From contig NW_027117341.1 of the NCBI RefSeq assembly GCF_038025025.1, forward strand, positions 2,046,001-2,110,000: a stretch of 64,000 nt of DNA. The letters are read 5' to 3'. The notes beneath the pieces were generated by a model. It was not told where the DNA came from. It made no database searches and worked only from the letters and a program-made list of their open reading frames with translations. Source of the DNA: Phyllosticta citribraziliensis (Eukaryota). Below are positions 35,496-47,411 of the stretch, in pieces (positions within the stretch are counted from its first letter, which is position 1; the number at the start of each line of letters is the position of its first letter). The translations under genes were made by a program, and so were the position numbers.

Positions 35496-35840
35496 GGCGT
35501 GGAGGTGAGCGAAGCGGCGAGGGAACGGGACGGACGGGCACTATCTGAAGAACTGGCTGGAGCAGGCCATAGTCGTGCGCAGCTAGAGTGCTTCGGGGAT
35601 GGATTGGAGAGGAAGAAGGTTGGCTTTGAGTTGGCGCAGGGGATAAAGAGGGTCGTCTCCAATTCCGGTCGACGCGCTGTCTCGGCCCGTAAGTGCCAAG
35701 ACTCGGCCCGCTGGAGGTTTCGGCCTTGGCCACGGCATGCCGCCAAAAGACGCGCCGGGCCGCTGTCCGTCTCCAACGCGACGACCTCGACGTGCGACCT
35801 TTTCTCACGTCCCAATGCTCGCGCCCGACCGTCCTATTCC

Positions 35841-38800
35841 ATGACCGCCCTTAGCGTACTTGCCGCACGCTCGTCATGGGCTCGCCGACCGCTCCTTCAA
35901 CTGCGACTCGCCCGCCTTAGGCGCGCTGCTTCGACCGATGCCAACGTCAACGAGAAGCTCGACTTTCCAGCCATAGACCGCAAATGGCGAGAGAGGTGGA
36001 AGACCACGGGACAAGTGCAGCTCTCGAACGCTGCGGAGAAGAAATACATCCTGCCCATGTTCCCATACCCATCTGGCGCACTGCACATGGGCCATGTCCG
36101 AGTCTACACCATCTCCGATGTCCTCGCGCGATTCTGGTTGCTCTCTGGATATCAAACAATACATCCGATGGGGTGGGATGCCTTTGGTCTGCCAGCTGAA
36201 AATGCCGCCATTGAACGAGGCATTGATCCTGCAGAGTGGACCGTGTCCAACATTCGAAAGATGAAGGAGCAGCTGGAAAAGATGAATGGGCGTTGGGATT
36301 GGGATCGAGTACGTCTGTTGTCGCAAACCGGCGTGTATGTAGCTAATTAGAATTCTTGCAATGTAGGAAATCATGACTTGCGATCCCTCGTTTTACAAGC
36401 ACACTCAGGGTCTTTTCCTCCTCCTTCATTCCAAGGGACTTGCGTACCAAGACGAGGCCGAGGTCAACTGGGACCCCGTCGACGGTACTGTCCTCGCAAA
36501 CGAACAAGTCGATTCGAAAGGTTTTTCGTGGCGCTCCGGCGCCAAGGTCGAAAAGAGGCGCATGAAGCAGTGGTTCCTGCGCATCACAGCTTTCAAAGAA
36601 GCCCTCCTCGAAGACATCGACAAGATTCTTGCAAAAGATGGGCGGTGGCCAGACCGCGTTTTGTCTATGCAGAAAAATTGGATAGGGAAATCGGAGGGCC
36701 AACAGCTCCAGTTCAAGATGCAAATGATTGACGGCGAAGATCTCCCCCCAGCCGAGGTATTCACCACTCGCGTCGATACCCTGTTTGGAGTGCAGTACAT
36801 TGCACTCTCTCTCGAACACCCGATAGTCAAAGAAATGGCCCAAGGATTTCCAGAGCTCCAGAAATTCATTGAGGAGGCTCCCTACTACCCTCCTGATTCC
36901 AAGGCAGGGTTCTTGCTACCCGGTGTCCACGCCATCAATCCTGCATCGACTCTCGACAACCCTTCATCACATGTACAAAAGCCTCTGCCCGTATTTGTGG
37001 CTCCTTATGTTCTCAGTGGCTACGGATCGGGTGCTGTCATGGGCGTACCTGGTCACGATGGTCGGGACTACGCTTTTTGGAATGAAAATATGGGAAATTC
37101 TCCTATTTTAAAAGTCGTCGAGCCCGAGGCTCCCAAAAAGAGGACTCAGAACCAGGGGAGACAGGACAAAGTATTCATTGCGGAGGTGAAACACTTCCAG
37201 AACAAAGGACGACTGACCGACGCTTGCGGTCCTGTAAGTGGTCTTACGTCGGACGAGGCTATTCCTGTGCTCGTCAAGCTTCTCCGCGCTGGTGGACAAG
37301 AGGTCGAAACCAAACACAACTGGCGGCTTCGCGACTGGCTTATTAGCCGTCAACGGTACTGGGGAACTCCGATCCCAATCGTGCACTGCGAATCTTGTGG
37401 CCCGGTGCCGGTCAAGAAGTCCGACCTTCCCGTCGAGCTCCCAAGGCTTGTCGGAAGTGAGCTTGGAAAAGGCGGCAATCCTTTGGCCGACGAAAAAATG
37501 TCCGACTGGGTTAACACGGAGTGCCCCAAGTGCAACAAGCCCGCGAAGCGTGAAACGGATACGATGGACACCTTTATGGATTCTTCGTGGTACTTTTTCC
37601 GCTTCGCAGACCCTCACAACGAAGGGCACGTCTTCGAACGCAACAAGGCAAACGAGTTCTTGCCTGTCGACCTCTACATTGGCGGAATCGAACATGCCAT
37701 CTTGCATCTTTTGTATGCCCGCTTCATCTCCAAGTTTTTGCATAGCGCCAAAAAGTGGGACGGCGGTGGAAGCGAGTATGGGGGAGAGCCTTTCAAAAGA
37801 CTCATCACGCAAGGCATGGTCCACGGCAAGACGTTGAAACACCCCACCACTGGACGTTTCCTCAAGCCTGACGAAGTGTTCCACACCAAAGGGGATGTTC
37901 CTCGTGTGGTAGGGACCAACGAGGCGGCCCTCGAGACGTTTGAGAAAATGTCAAAAAGCAAGTACAACGGTGTGGACCCTGTCGAGACCATCTCCAGGTG
38001 GGGTGCTGATGCCACTCGTGCCCATATCCTCTTCCAGGCTCCCGTCACTGAAGTGTTGAAGTGGGACGATGAAAAGATTGTCGGCATCCAGCGCTGGTTC
38101 AAGCGCGTCTGGAAGATCACCAAGGCAGCTACCGACCTCCCGCCAACTTTACCGCCCGTCAAGAGTGCACCTGCATCGGGTGCGTTAACGAAGGCCGACG
38201 AGATTCATCTCAAGACGCAACAGACCATCAAAAAGATTATGACATCGTTCGAATCGACGCTCTCCCTCAACACCGTCATTTCAGACTTGACCAAATTCAC
38301 AAACAGCTTGCATGAAGAAGACCCCTCGGCCTTTGAGTCCACCGCCGACAAGTCCGGCAACCCCATCTTACGCGACCCCCAAGGCGTCAATCTGGTGGAG
38401 ACCAACTTTTGCCGACGCTACTACGAAGCAGTCCAATCCCTCCTCATCATGCTTGCGCCCATCGCGCCTGCTTTTGCCGAGGAATGCTACGAGCAGCTCG
38501 TAAACTCGCCACCCTACCGCATTTACAACAAGCACGGGCAGAGACGAACCTTCCCAGGCACTATCTTCGCTGAGTCTTTCCCCAGCTACAGCGACGAGCT
38601 CATCGCCGCGCTTTCCCGGCGGGACATGCCGGTGGGCATCGCCATCGAGGGCAAAGTACGCATTCAGATCCGCGTGCCAGCGCCTGACCTCGCGCTGCTG
38701 GCTATGAAGACGAGGCCGCAGGTCGAGGCCCTCAAGCATTATGTCATTGAGCAAGTTTTGCAAACGAAGGAGGGCCAGCGCCTCATTGGGCCTGGCCGCA

Positions 38801-38946
38801 TTTACGACATCGCCGATCCTGCTGCAATGCAAGGGATAGAACTACATAGTTCTGGCCTGAAGGGACAGCTCCTGAACGTTATCAAGTGGCGTTCTACGAA
38901 GGAGAAGGCGGATTACTTGAGCAAGCTACATCAGACAGAGTCTTAA
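35841..38946 (+). CDS. NAM2: Leucyl-tRNA synthetase, mitochondrial (bacterial type); exons 35841-36308, 36367-38946
   Basis: [65 protein letters not shown]; Arg-rich presequence. Intron 36309-36366. Confidence 0.96.
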
Positions 38947-39402
38947 TTCATTGAGAAGAGTCTGAGAAAGATCACTCATAGAGCATCGATGTGCCGTCAT
39001 GGTCTGTGATGTACGGATGCGATTGGTCTGGGTAAATCGGAAAGTTGGCTTCCATTCCCCTTCGGGAGTTCTTTCGCGAGACATGAGGACATATCGATCT
39101 ATGATTCGAATAGAGGAAAACCAGTCCACCACGGTAATCTCAAAAACTTGCGACAAAAATCGAGGGGACGTCGATGGCTGAGACAAAAAGGGACTCGAAT
39201 AACGCTTGACAATCCACGGTAGGTCTTTCTGCATCCTGTTCCGCCTCTGCAACACCAGCTGTCATTTGTCTTGTCTCTTTCGCCTCCTTTCTTCGATTAC
39301 TCAGAGCTCTCGTGTAAGCGATCATCCACGGCAGCGAAGAGTGGATTCAATTTCCTCCGTCTTGAATGGGCGTTATGCTCAGGTATTGTCTGTCCGACCT
39401 CC

Positions 39403-40794
39403 CTAGCTCCAGTCACTCTGCAGATAAACCCGCGAAGGCGCTATGAGTCGCCGCTTCGAGTAGTCGTTTCCAAAAGCATCACCGCGAGCCATCAGTCCCA
39501 CGCCGACCAGCATTTGAATTTTTTCTCCATTCCAGGTCTCATCCTTCTCGTCCAAGACATCGTTGGCTTGATCGGCCTGCAAAACAGGGTCTTTGACTTT
39601 AAACGACTTTCCGACGACGCCCTCCGGCTGGACCCACTCAAATTGAGTCCGATGGGTCATCAACCGTAAGTGAAGATTGCCAGCTTGACGCAGGATCTGG
39701 CTGAGGTCTTGGTTCATCCCCAGTCTCTCAGTTTCATCCATATCCCTTTGGATCCACAACTGAGGAGGCCCCTCCAGGAACGTTTTCCGTAAGTAATGGT
39801 AGATTGATTTCAGGCCGTCCTTGGGTACTGACTTAGGGCAAAGGATCTCGTTTGGCTCGGCGCGCGTAGTCTGAGGGCAAGATGACTCCGGAAAACTATG
39901 CCTCAAGATGTTGAGTCTGAATGCTATCGCTTTGATGACGTCATCTGCCAGTCCTGTCAGCTCTCAGTCATCTTGGCCGCCACGAAAAAGCTCACCGGAC
40001 GACATTTCTTGGAACATCTTCTTTGCCACCATTCTGAAGGTGAATTCTCCCTTCATGTTATCCGGGTCACGCCAATGGAAGAAGGGGTCCTCGAAAATTG
40101 CGCGCAGAATGAAGTTTGACAGCAAAGCGGCAAAGACGAGAAAGGGATGCTCCAGCTCTCTCAAAGATCGGAAATCCTTGATGCTGGTGATACGCACAAC
40201 CTGGTGCAAGAACGCCTGCTGCTTAAAAAATTCTTCTTTTCGCTGTTTCGGAGGGAAGAGTTTCCCAAACGAGTCAACGCTGTACTTCCGGGCCCAGGTT
40301 CGTATGGACGACTGCAGGTCCTTTACAGCAAACGCGATTGACTGGTCGCCCTCGGGCATCCACTTGGAATCCTCGCACTTCAAGAACCTGTCGTGAAACA
40401 GCTGAAGCTGTTCGACACACTCGTCCAGCTCTTGCTGCTTTTCTTCAAGCTTTTGCTCGAGGTCCTCTTTCTCCTGGGACCATTGAGCAGCAACTTCCTC
40501 AAACTTCGGCCTTTGGCCCCTCTGAAGCCCAAGAATTTCTTCGACGTCCGTTTGTTGGCGTTCAATTTGCCCTTTCAAGGAGCTGACGAGTCGAAATAGG
40601 TCTTTGTCATCCAAATCAATGCTGGAGCTGTTCTTGTTCGTCGGCGAACGGGATGAGTCTCCATCTTCCGATTCGTCTTGTCCAATGTTATGGGATTCCT
40701 TTACCTCTGGCGTCCATTTGGCGCGTTTCACGGGACTGATCGCATCCTCCTTCTGTTCCGCTCTCTTTTGCTTGACAGGTCGTGATTTTGTCAT
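39403..40794 (-). CDS. Coiled-coil partner protein P1 (446 aa) with putative GrpE-like C-terminus; exons 40794-39996, 39944-39403
   Basis: Coiled coil, then WMPEGDQSI..IRTWARKY, HPF..FEDPFF, and C-terminal GDAFGNDYSKRRLIAPSRVYL. Phase-1 intron 39945-39995 at the same position as in P2-P4. Confidence 0.85.
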
Positions 40795-41627
40795 AGTCTC
40801 TTCTACAACTCAGGAGTTTCAGAAACGTGTGTTCCGAGAAAGCAACTGAGAAGCTGGAAGCTTTTATCTCGCAGAGTCCACCATGACTACGAAAACTTAC
40901 CGTGACCCATCATTCGAAGCATATCGAGGCCAACGACAACACGTTTCGCATATCATTACTGATTTCGGTTGTCAACGACGGTCGTACGTTGCTGAATCGC
41001 CTTGGCTTAACACGGGCGCGGCTGACGTAGAAGTTAAAATCACGAGCTTGCTTACCTATTGGACCCGATAGCACACGACTGGGCGTCAATCGAGGCGATT
41101 GCTCTAGCCCGGCCAATCAGCAAACTTCAATGAGAGGCTGAAAGCTTTCCATCCTGGCCATTTTTTCAGCCGCTCCTGTTTTCATCTGTCCCATCTCCTC
41201 AACACCAGATCAGACAGCCATCACATCGTTTGAGATTCATCAGCTTTCTGCCACGATAACAAATTTTCAAGTGCTGATATTGACAACCATGCGTCTTTCT
41301 TGCCGAGGGACGCAGTGCGTCAGTCTTTCGTAGCTCCGCTATGCCGCAAACACCTAGACTACCACTTCTGCTTAGGTCTGTCGGAATTTAACTCAGAGCT
41401 CGACGCACGCCGTCAAACACCAAAAGTCTTTGATATCCCACTTTCACATGCTGCCTTTCTATGCTCCCGTAGCGTTCCGCGGGCGACAATAGCGGGAGTT
41501 GTGAGTCCCCCAGTCCAAATCTCGACTCCTTTGCTGCAATACAAATACCTCACCAACATTTGTCAATCTCTGGCCGTCTTGTCGGTCGGAAAGGTCTAAC
41601 CAGGCTTCATCAGTCCTGTTCCGCAAC

Positions 41628-43606
41628 ATGCGTGCCTCCGTTACTCCTGAATCGGGCTCTTCCGAAGCTCGCGCGAGATCTGCGACGACTGAAATTGCAC
41701 ATAAAATTGTTCTTGGCCTCGACTTTGGCACAACCTTCACTGGTACGCATGGCGTGGAGCATTGCACTCAGATTGCTGACAGTTTGCCAGGTGTGGCGTA
41801 CGGTACGACTGCGGGGACTTCACAAGAAGTTGAAGTCATCTCAAACTGGCCGGGTGCCTCAATTGCCGCGCAAAAGGTTCCTTCGCGCATTGCCTACGAA
41901 GAGGAAAATCTGAAGCTCAGCTCCGACAAATGGGGCTACCAGGTGAACGGCCGAATGGCGTCGTATTCGTGGTTCAAGCTTCTGCTCGATTCCAACGTTG
42001 ACCGCACGAAATATGACGACGTTTCCCTCTTCACGGCCTACAGCGGAATCCTCCAGTTACCAGAGTGGCGCTCGCCCCGAGATGTGGTTGAAGATTACTT
42101 GGGCCACATCTGCGAGTTTGCGACCGAGTTCCTCGCCAAGAGATTCACTGAAGAAAGCTTTCGAACAATCCCAATTGAAGTCTGGATCACAGTGCCGGCC
42201 ATTTGGAGCGATGCCGCAAAGGATCAGACAAGGGCTGCGGCCATGGCGGCGGGATTCGGGTCTCACCCGGGTGACACCGTCAAGATGATTACCGAGCCGG
42301 AGGCTGCTGCCCTGGACGTTCTCCGCATGACGCGCAACTCGGTCCACCCCATTGCCAAAGGCGAAACCTTTATGGTCTGCGACTGTGGAGGCGGCACCGT
42401 TGATCTCACCACTTACGTCGTGCAGTGTTGCGAGCCGGGATTCAAATTTCAAGAAGTCTGCGCTGGCGAAGGGGGCAAGTGCGGCGGTTCCTTTGTTGAC
42501 CGCAAATTTGACGAGTGGATGACCAAAACGTTTGGAAAGAAGTATACTGAACTCAGTCCCAAGTATCGTGGTCCTGGCTCCGCGATGATGGAGTCTTTTG
42601 AGCGGGCCAAGCAACGATTTGAGCTCAAGTTGCTCGAGCGCGGCAACAGCGAGATGGTCGAAATTGAGCACGTCAAGATGGACAGGGATAGCTCCGACAT
42701 TTATGACCGCAGGGAGAGCACTGTCTCCTTTTCTTGGTAAGTGACCGGTGTTGCCACTTGAGTTCCCTGCTGACTACGTACAGGAAGGTGATGCAGTCCT
42801 TTTTTGATCCTGTCGTTGACAAGATCTTGGAGCTCGTCAAAAAGCAGGTGCGCGAGACAAAGAAAAGAGGCGGACTGAAGGTCAACCGCATCGTCCTTGT
42901 CGGAGGTTTTGGCGACAGCCGCTACGTAAGCCGACGACTGAAGTTCTGGTGTCAGTCCCAGGAGCTAAAGATCAAGTTGTTGTGCCCACCAAATTGCCAA
43001 GGGGCCATCATGAAAGGGGCCGTTATCTGAGGCCTTGAGGGCCTGAAGCCGAATGTTAGGATATCACGTCGGCACTATGGTTTCGGTATCAGTCTTCTGT
43101 TCAGAGACGGAAAAGACCGACCAGAGGACATGTGGGTGGGCAGTTTTGACCGCCAGAGGATGGCGTACAATCGAATGTGTTGGGCATTGAAAAAGGCAAG
43201 CCACAGTCGGCGTAGAAGAGCCGATGGCAAACAAACTGATCACGTGCAGGGTCAGAAGGTTCCGAGCGACTTCACGACGACTCAGAGTGTCCAGCGCGAG
43301 ATTTTGCCAAATGAGATCCGCGACCACGACGCCCTGGACGTCTTCACGTGCAGTGCAGATCATGCGCCAGACTTTGAGTACTCCAAGGGGATGAAGCTGG
43401 TCGGGACCATTCACATGACCTTCACTGAGGAAGACATGCAGAATGCCCGGTCGTGGTTCAACCACAAGATGAACAAGTGGGTCAAGGTGTTGTACTACGA
43501 TATTCACGTCAACATGAGCGCCGACGAGGGCTTTCTGACTGTCAAGGTCATGAACGACAAGCGAGAGATGGGAAACGCGGTCATCGAATTCTACCAAGGA
43601 GACTGA
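41628..43606 (+). pseudogene. HSPA12-like Hsp70 copy H1 with an in-frame TGA at 43028-43030; exons 41628-41742, 41791-42736, 42784-43195, 43250-43606
   Basis: GLDFGTTFTG, TVPAIWSDAAK, EPEAAA, CDCGGGTVD, LVGGFGDS. The stop replaces the Arg of GAxxRGL, and the downstream frame stays open and homologous to the paralogs. Confidence 0.8.
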
Positions 43607-45023
43607 GAACGGTTTGTGGGAGGAGAGGAGGCTTGTGAAATTTGCAATGCGTCAATTGCGTTGAAGGCGTTGAGCGTCACTTCTCATCCTGTCTAGGTCT
43701 TTCCTTCTTCACACAACCCACACTACTTTTCCTGTGCCACTGCGTCTTTGCTCGCTGGTACGCAAGTTCGTGCAGCCAGATTCGGTGATGGAAAACACGA
43801 CAAAATCTGCGCTCTGATGATTACGATTGACAGAGGCAAGCCGCTTCAAGCGGCGTCTACCTCCAGCATTTAGGGTAGCTCGACGCCTCAATCCAAGATC
43901 GCTCGCGGAGTGGCCAAACACCACATCCAGACTCTAGCGGTCCCGACGCTGTCGACAGGGAGTCGTTGAGCGGTGAGCGGGCCGCTGCGTCCTTCTCGCT
44001 TGCGATTCCTTGTGGTCGCGAACAATCCCTGTCGTTGCATTTGACATCTCCCCTGCTGCATGTAGGCATGCGGCAGCCAGCCGCAGTCTGCAGCGCGTTG
44101 ATGGCTTGGTGCCACGCAGACTCTCGGCGTGCGTGGAGCTGTTAGACAGCCAAAGAAAGTCGACAACACGGCAGATCGAGTTCTTCCCTTTATTCAACGT
44201 CAAATTTGCGTGAGGAGATAGGCCCTGTCTGGCTTGATTCGCTTCACGCCGACCGCACAGCGTCCAGCAGCGGCAGGTCCAGCGACAATGCATGCCAATC
44301 GGCTCAGCTGCATGTGCTGCGGGAGCCGGGAAGTGGCCCTGTCTGCCTTTTGTCAAAGCTCAGCTACCAGTGCGGGCCAACCGTACCTGTGGGACTGCTC
44401 AAAGCAGCGACCAGCATTAGCTCGAGACATGCCCCAACAGCTCTGCAACGCAGTGGAATACGAGAGCCGCTCGCGGAACTGCCTGATGGCTTGTTGACAC
44501 GGACTGTGATGTCATTTGTACACTCCAAATCGATTGGTGGATATCCGGCAGCCGCGGATTCAGCGAGCGAATCCGCGCTGCAGCTCAGTGGTGGCAGCTG
44601 GGTACACCGAGACGAGCCCCCTCCAGCGGTAAGCAAACAAGTGCTCGTCTCGCGGCTTGCTTCAGAATGCGTTTGGGATGATTCAGCGTCTGTCGAACTG
44701 AATTTGGAGTCTGAAGAGAAAAAGTACAGGAGACAGAAAACCCCAACCAAGCATTTGCGTAGGTCCATTCTTTGCCGATTTTTGCATTCTTTCCGTTGCC
44801 CTCGTTTCCCTGCCTGTCCTTCGCGAGCCCAGCAGTATATCTTTGTCGTAAGCACAATGGGCCGAGTGAGGCATGCATGCGAGCCATGCCCCTGTTCACA
44901 GAGAGATGAGAGCTGTTGCAGGCGAAGATGGGCGATTCGGCGTTGGAACGGCACTTTGAGAGAGCTTTGTGTCAGTGAGGAAAGCAGTGAATGGATGACG
45001 AGCGGAGTGGCAATTCTCTTGAC

Positions 45024-46653
45024 TTACGCAGCGTCGATTTCGCCGATCATGGCTGGCTCCAGCAGCATATTCGGAGCGGGAGCTGGGCGCTTTGGATTCA
45101 GATAGACGCTTGCACCTACGATGATGCGAGATTGCTCCTGATGATGCCCCTCCGAGTCTCCATACGCAACCAAGCTCGTGCCGAAAACGATCTGGACAAG
45201 CTTCCCATCGTGCGATGTGTCCTCACTGTGCAAACAGAGGGCACTTGCGGGATTGAACAAGCTCGACCGGACTGAGAATGGCCTTCCGAGGTATAACACA
45301 GGGTGCGTCCATACGAAGTGGCATTTCTGGGTCAGGAGACACAGGTGGATGTTTCCAGCCATCACCATAAGCTCGTAGAGGCGCTCGATGCATTGTTCGA
45401 CCTCTTTCTTTGTTTTTTCATCCTTTCGCAAGCGTTTGGGCCACGGCCCGTATAGGAACTCTTCGCTCAGATCTCTGTAGAGACGTTGGATCCTGTCTGG
45501 TGCAATTCTCTTTGGGCAGATCGGAACGCGTTCGTGTATCGCCTGTGCTGTTGTTCGTTTACTGGGATCTGGGAAGACGCTGCGAATGGTTTGGGTGCGC
45601 CATATGCTCGCTCCCTTGGGATCATCTACGCTGAGGTTAGAGGAATGTTGTAGTGTGACTGGGCACTTACCAGACTGCATATCCTCAAACATTCGCGTAG
45701 CCTTCACCGCGAATGACTCTGGTGCATCCAATCTTGCTGGATCCTGGAAGTGGAAAAAAGGTTTCGCCAGGATCTGGCTCCGGATGAATTCGGAAAGAAT
45801 GGCTGTCGTCACAATGTCCACTGGATCAAACTGCAAAGCAGATGTCACTTCCTGGAAACCGCTGACACGGTGGACCATCTCATTTAGTGCCTGGAATGAG
45901 AATCGCTTCTTGGCAGTTGAGATAGCGCGTGGATGGAGAGCTTTGGGGCACCAGTCTCTAGCCCAGCTCTTGATACTCCTTTGCAAATGGTTGACAGAGA
46001 GTTGAATGCTGCTGTCGTCCTCGGGGCCCCATCCGCCATTTCCGCTACTGCTGAACATGAAGTCGCGTAGGTATTCGACCTGTTGCTTCAAGTGATCGTT
46101 CTCCAGGGCCATCCTCGTACCATTGTCCAATATCTGCCTGAGAGCATTCGCCTCCTGCGTCTTTTCGTCCACCTTCTTGTTGGCGCTTTCCAACTCGCTT
46201 CTCAGGGTGGTCAATTCTTGCGCCTCAGAACCCTGCTGCTGGACGTTGAGAATTTTCCAGATCTTTTTCAAGACGGCCTCAGGTGATTCATGCCTTTTCG
46301 ATTTCGGGGGACGCCCTAAGAGCAGTGCAGAATTAGCTCTTTGATGTCTAGCGTTTGTTGGCCCATCTGGCCCCGCATCGTCGTCAAATCCGTGCAGTCT
46401 CGGTCCATGGGAGATCCAGAAGTCGAAAATTGCCACGCATGACCAATTCGTGCCCTCAGCTGCAACGAGGCTGCACTTACTTTGCGGGCACAACCGAGCA
46501 GGGCTTTGCGAATTTCATCGACTTACCTCGAACTTTGCCGCGGGGGTTGACAGGCTTGAGCTTTCGCGCTTTCACCACTCGAACCTCCTTGGATTCACGG
46601 AGAGATAGCGACTTGAGTCTGATAGATCGTCGGGGAGTCTTTGGCTGATCCAT
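45024..46653 (-). CDS. Coiled-coil partner protein P2 (~457 aa); exons 46653-46527, 46315-45671, 45625-45024
   Basis: WGPEDDSSI..IKSWARDW, KPFFHFQDP, GDSEGHHQEQSRIIVGASVYL. Conserved 45-nt intron 45626-45670. First exon inferred from GTAAGT donor (46526) and CTAAT..TAG acceptor (46316). Confidence 0.8.
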
Positions 46654-47411
46654 TTGAGGTTCCAAGGGACGAAGACTTTCGGTAGATACGAGGTAGATGG
46701 GGAGCAAGTTGAAGGTTGTCAGTGAATGGGATGGGGTTGAGCGTCGGTCCGCGAGTGGTAGCGAGGAGCTTAACCCTGCAGGCGCGTATTCAAAAGCGGC
46801 GGTCCCCCTTGGAGGCCGGGAACTCGCAGCAGCGACGTGAAACTCTTCCTACGCGCCTTGCCGTTGACATGTCCAACCACCCACACCGCATCTTCTCTTC
46901 GGTACACGCAGTTCCTGGCTTGACGGAAGGCGATTTAATGTCAAAGATCGTGATAATGAGCGCTCAGTGGGGCCCTCCTCGTGTCTGGATTTACTGAACG
47001 AACAAGAGGGTAGTTGGCAATGGTCGTTCGCTGTACGTCTTGGTAACCGTAAAGACCGTGATTGCGAGCTTGTTCTGCGCACACGTGGTCAGCTGCATGA
47101 TGGTAGGACAAATTGGACGGAAGAGAGCGTTGTGTTGTGGCCAGATCCATGTGATGAACCAAATGCCGGGCGGTCCTCGGGCGGGTACGTGCATGACCCC
47201 GCAGGCATCTGAGATAACATGAAAAAGTAGGTATCACGAAGTTGAACAGGCATCGCGTCCTGTCACCACTGGCTTTTTTCTCGGCCAGCAATTTGAATCC
47301 TTTTTCCTCTTTGCCAGTGATCCAACCTCCTGCTCGACCTCAGTCCGCTCACGTTGTTACTTGCAAATCTCGACCTGTCTTCCCGCATCGAGAACCAGCG
47401 GTCCGGCCGCC

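Noticed and set aside
44206..45105. 299-aa plus-strand ORF between H1 and P2 as a third module gene
   Set aside because: No equivalent in the other spacers, non-ATG start, no motifs, and it overlaps the P2 3' end.
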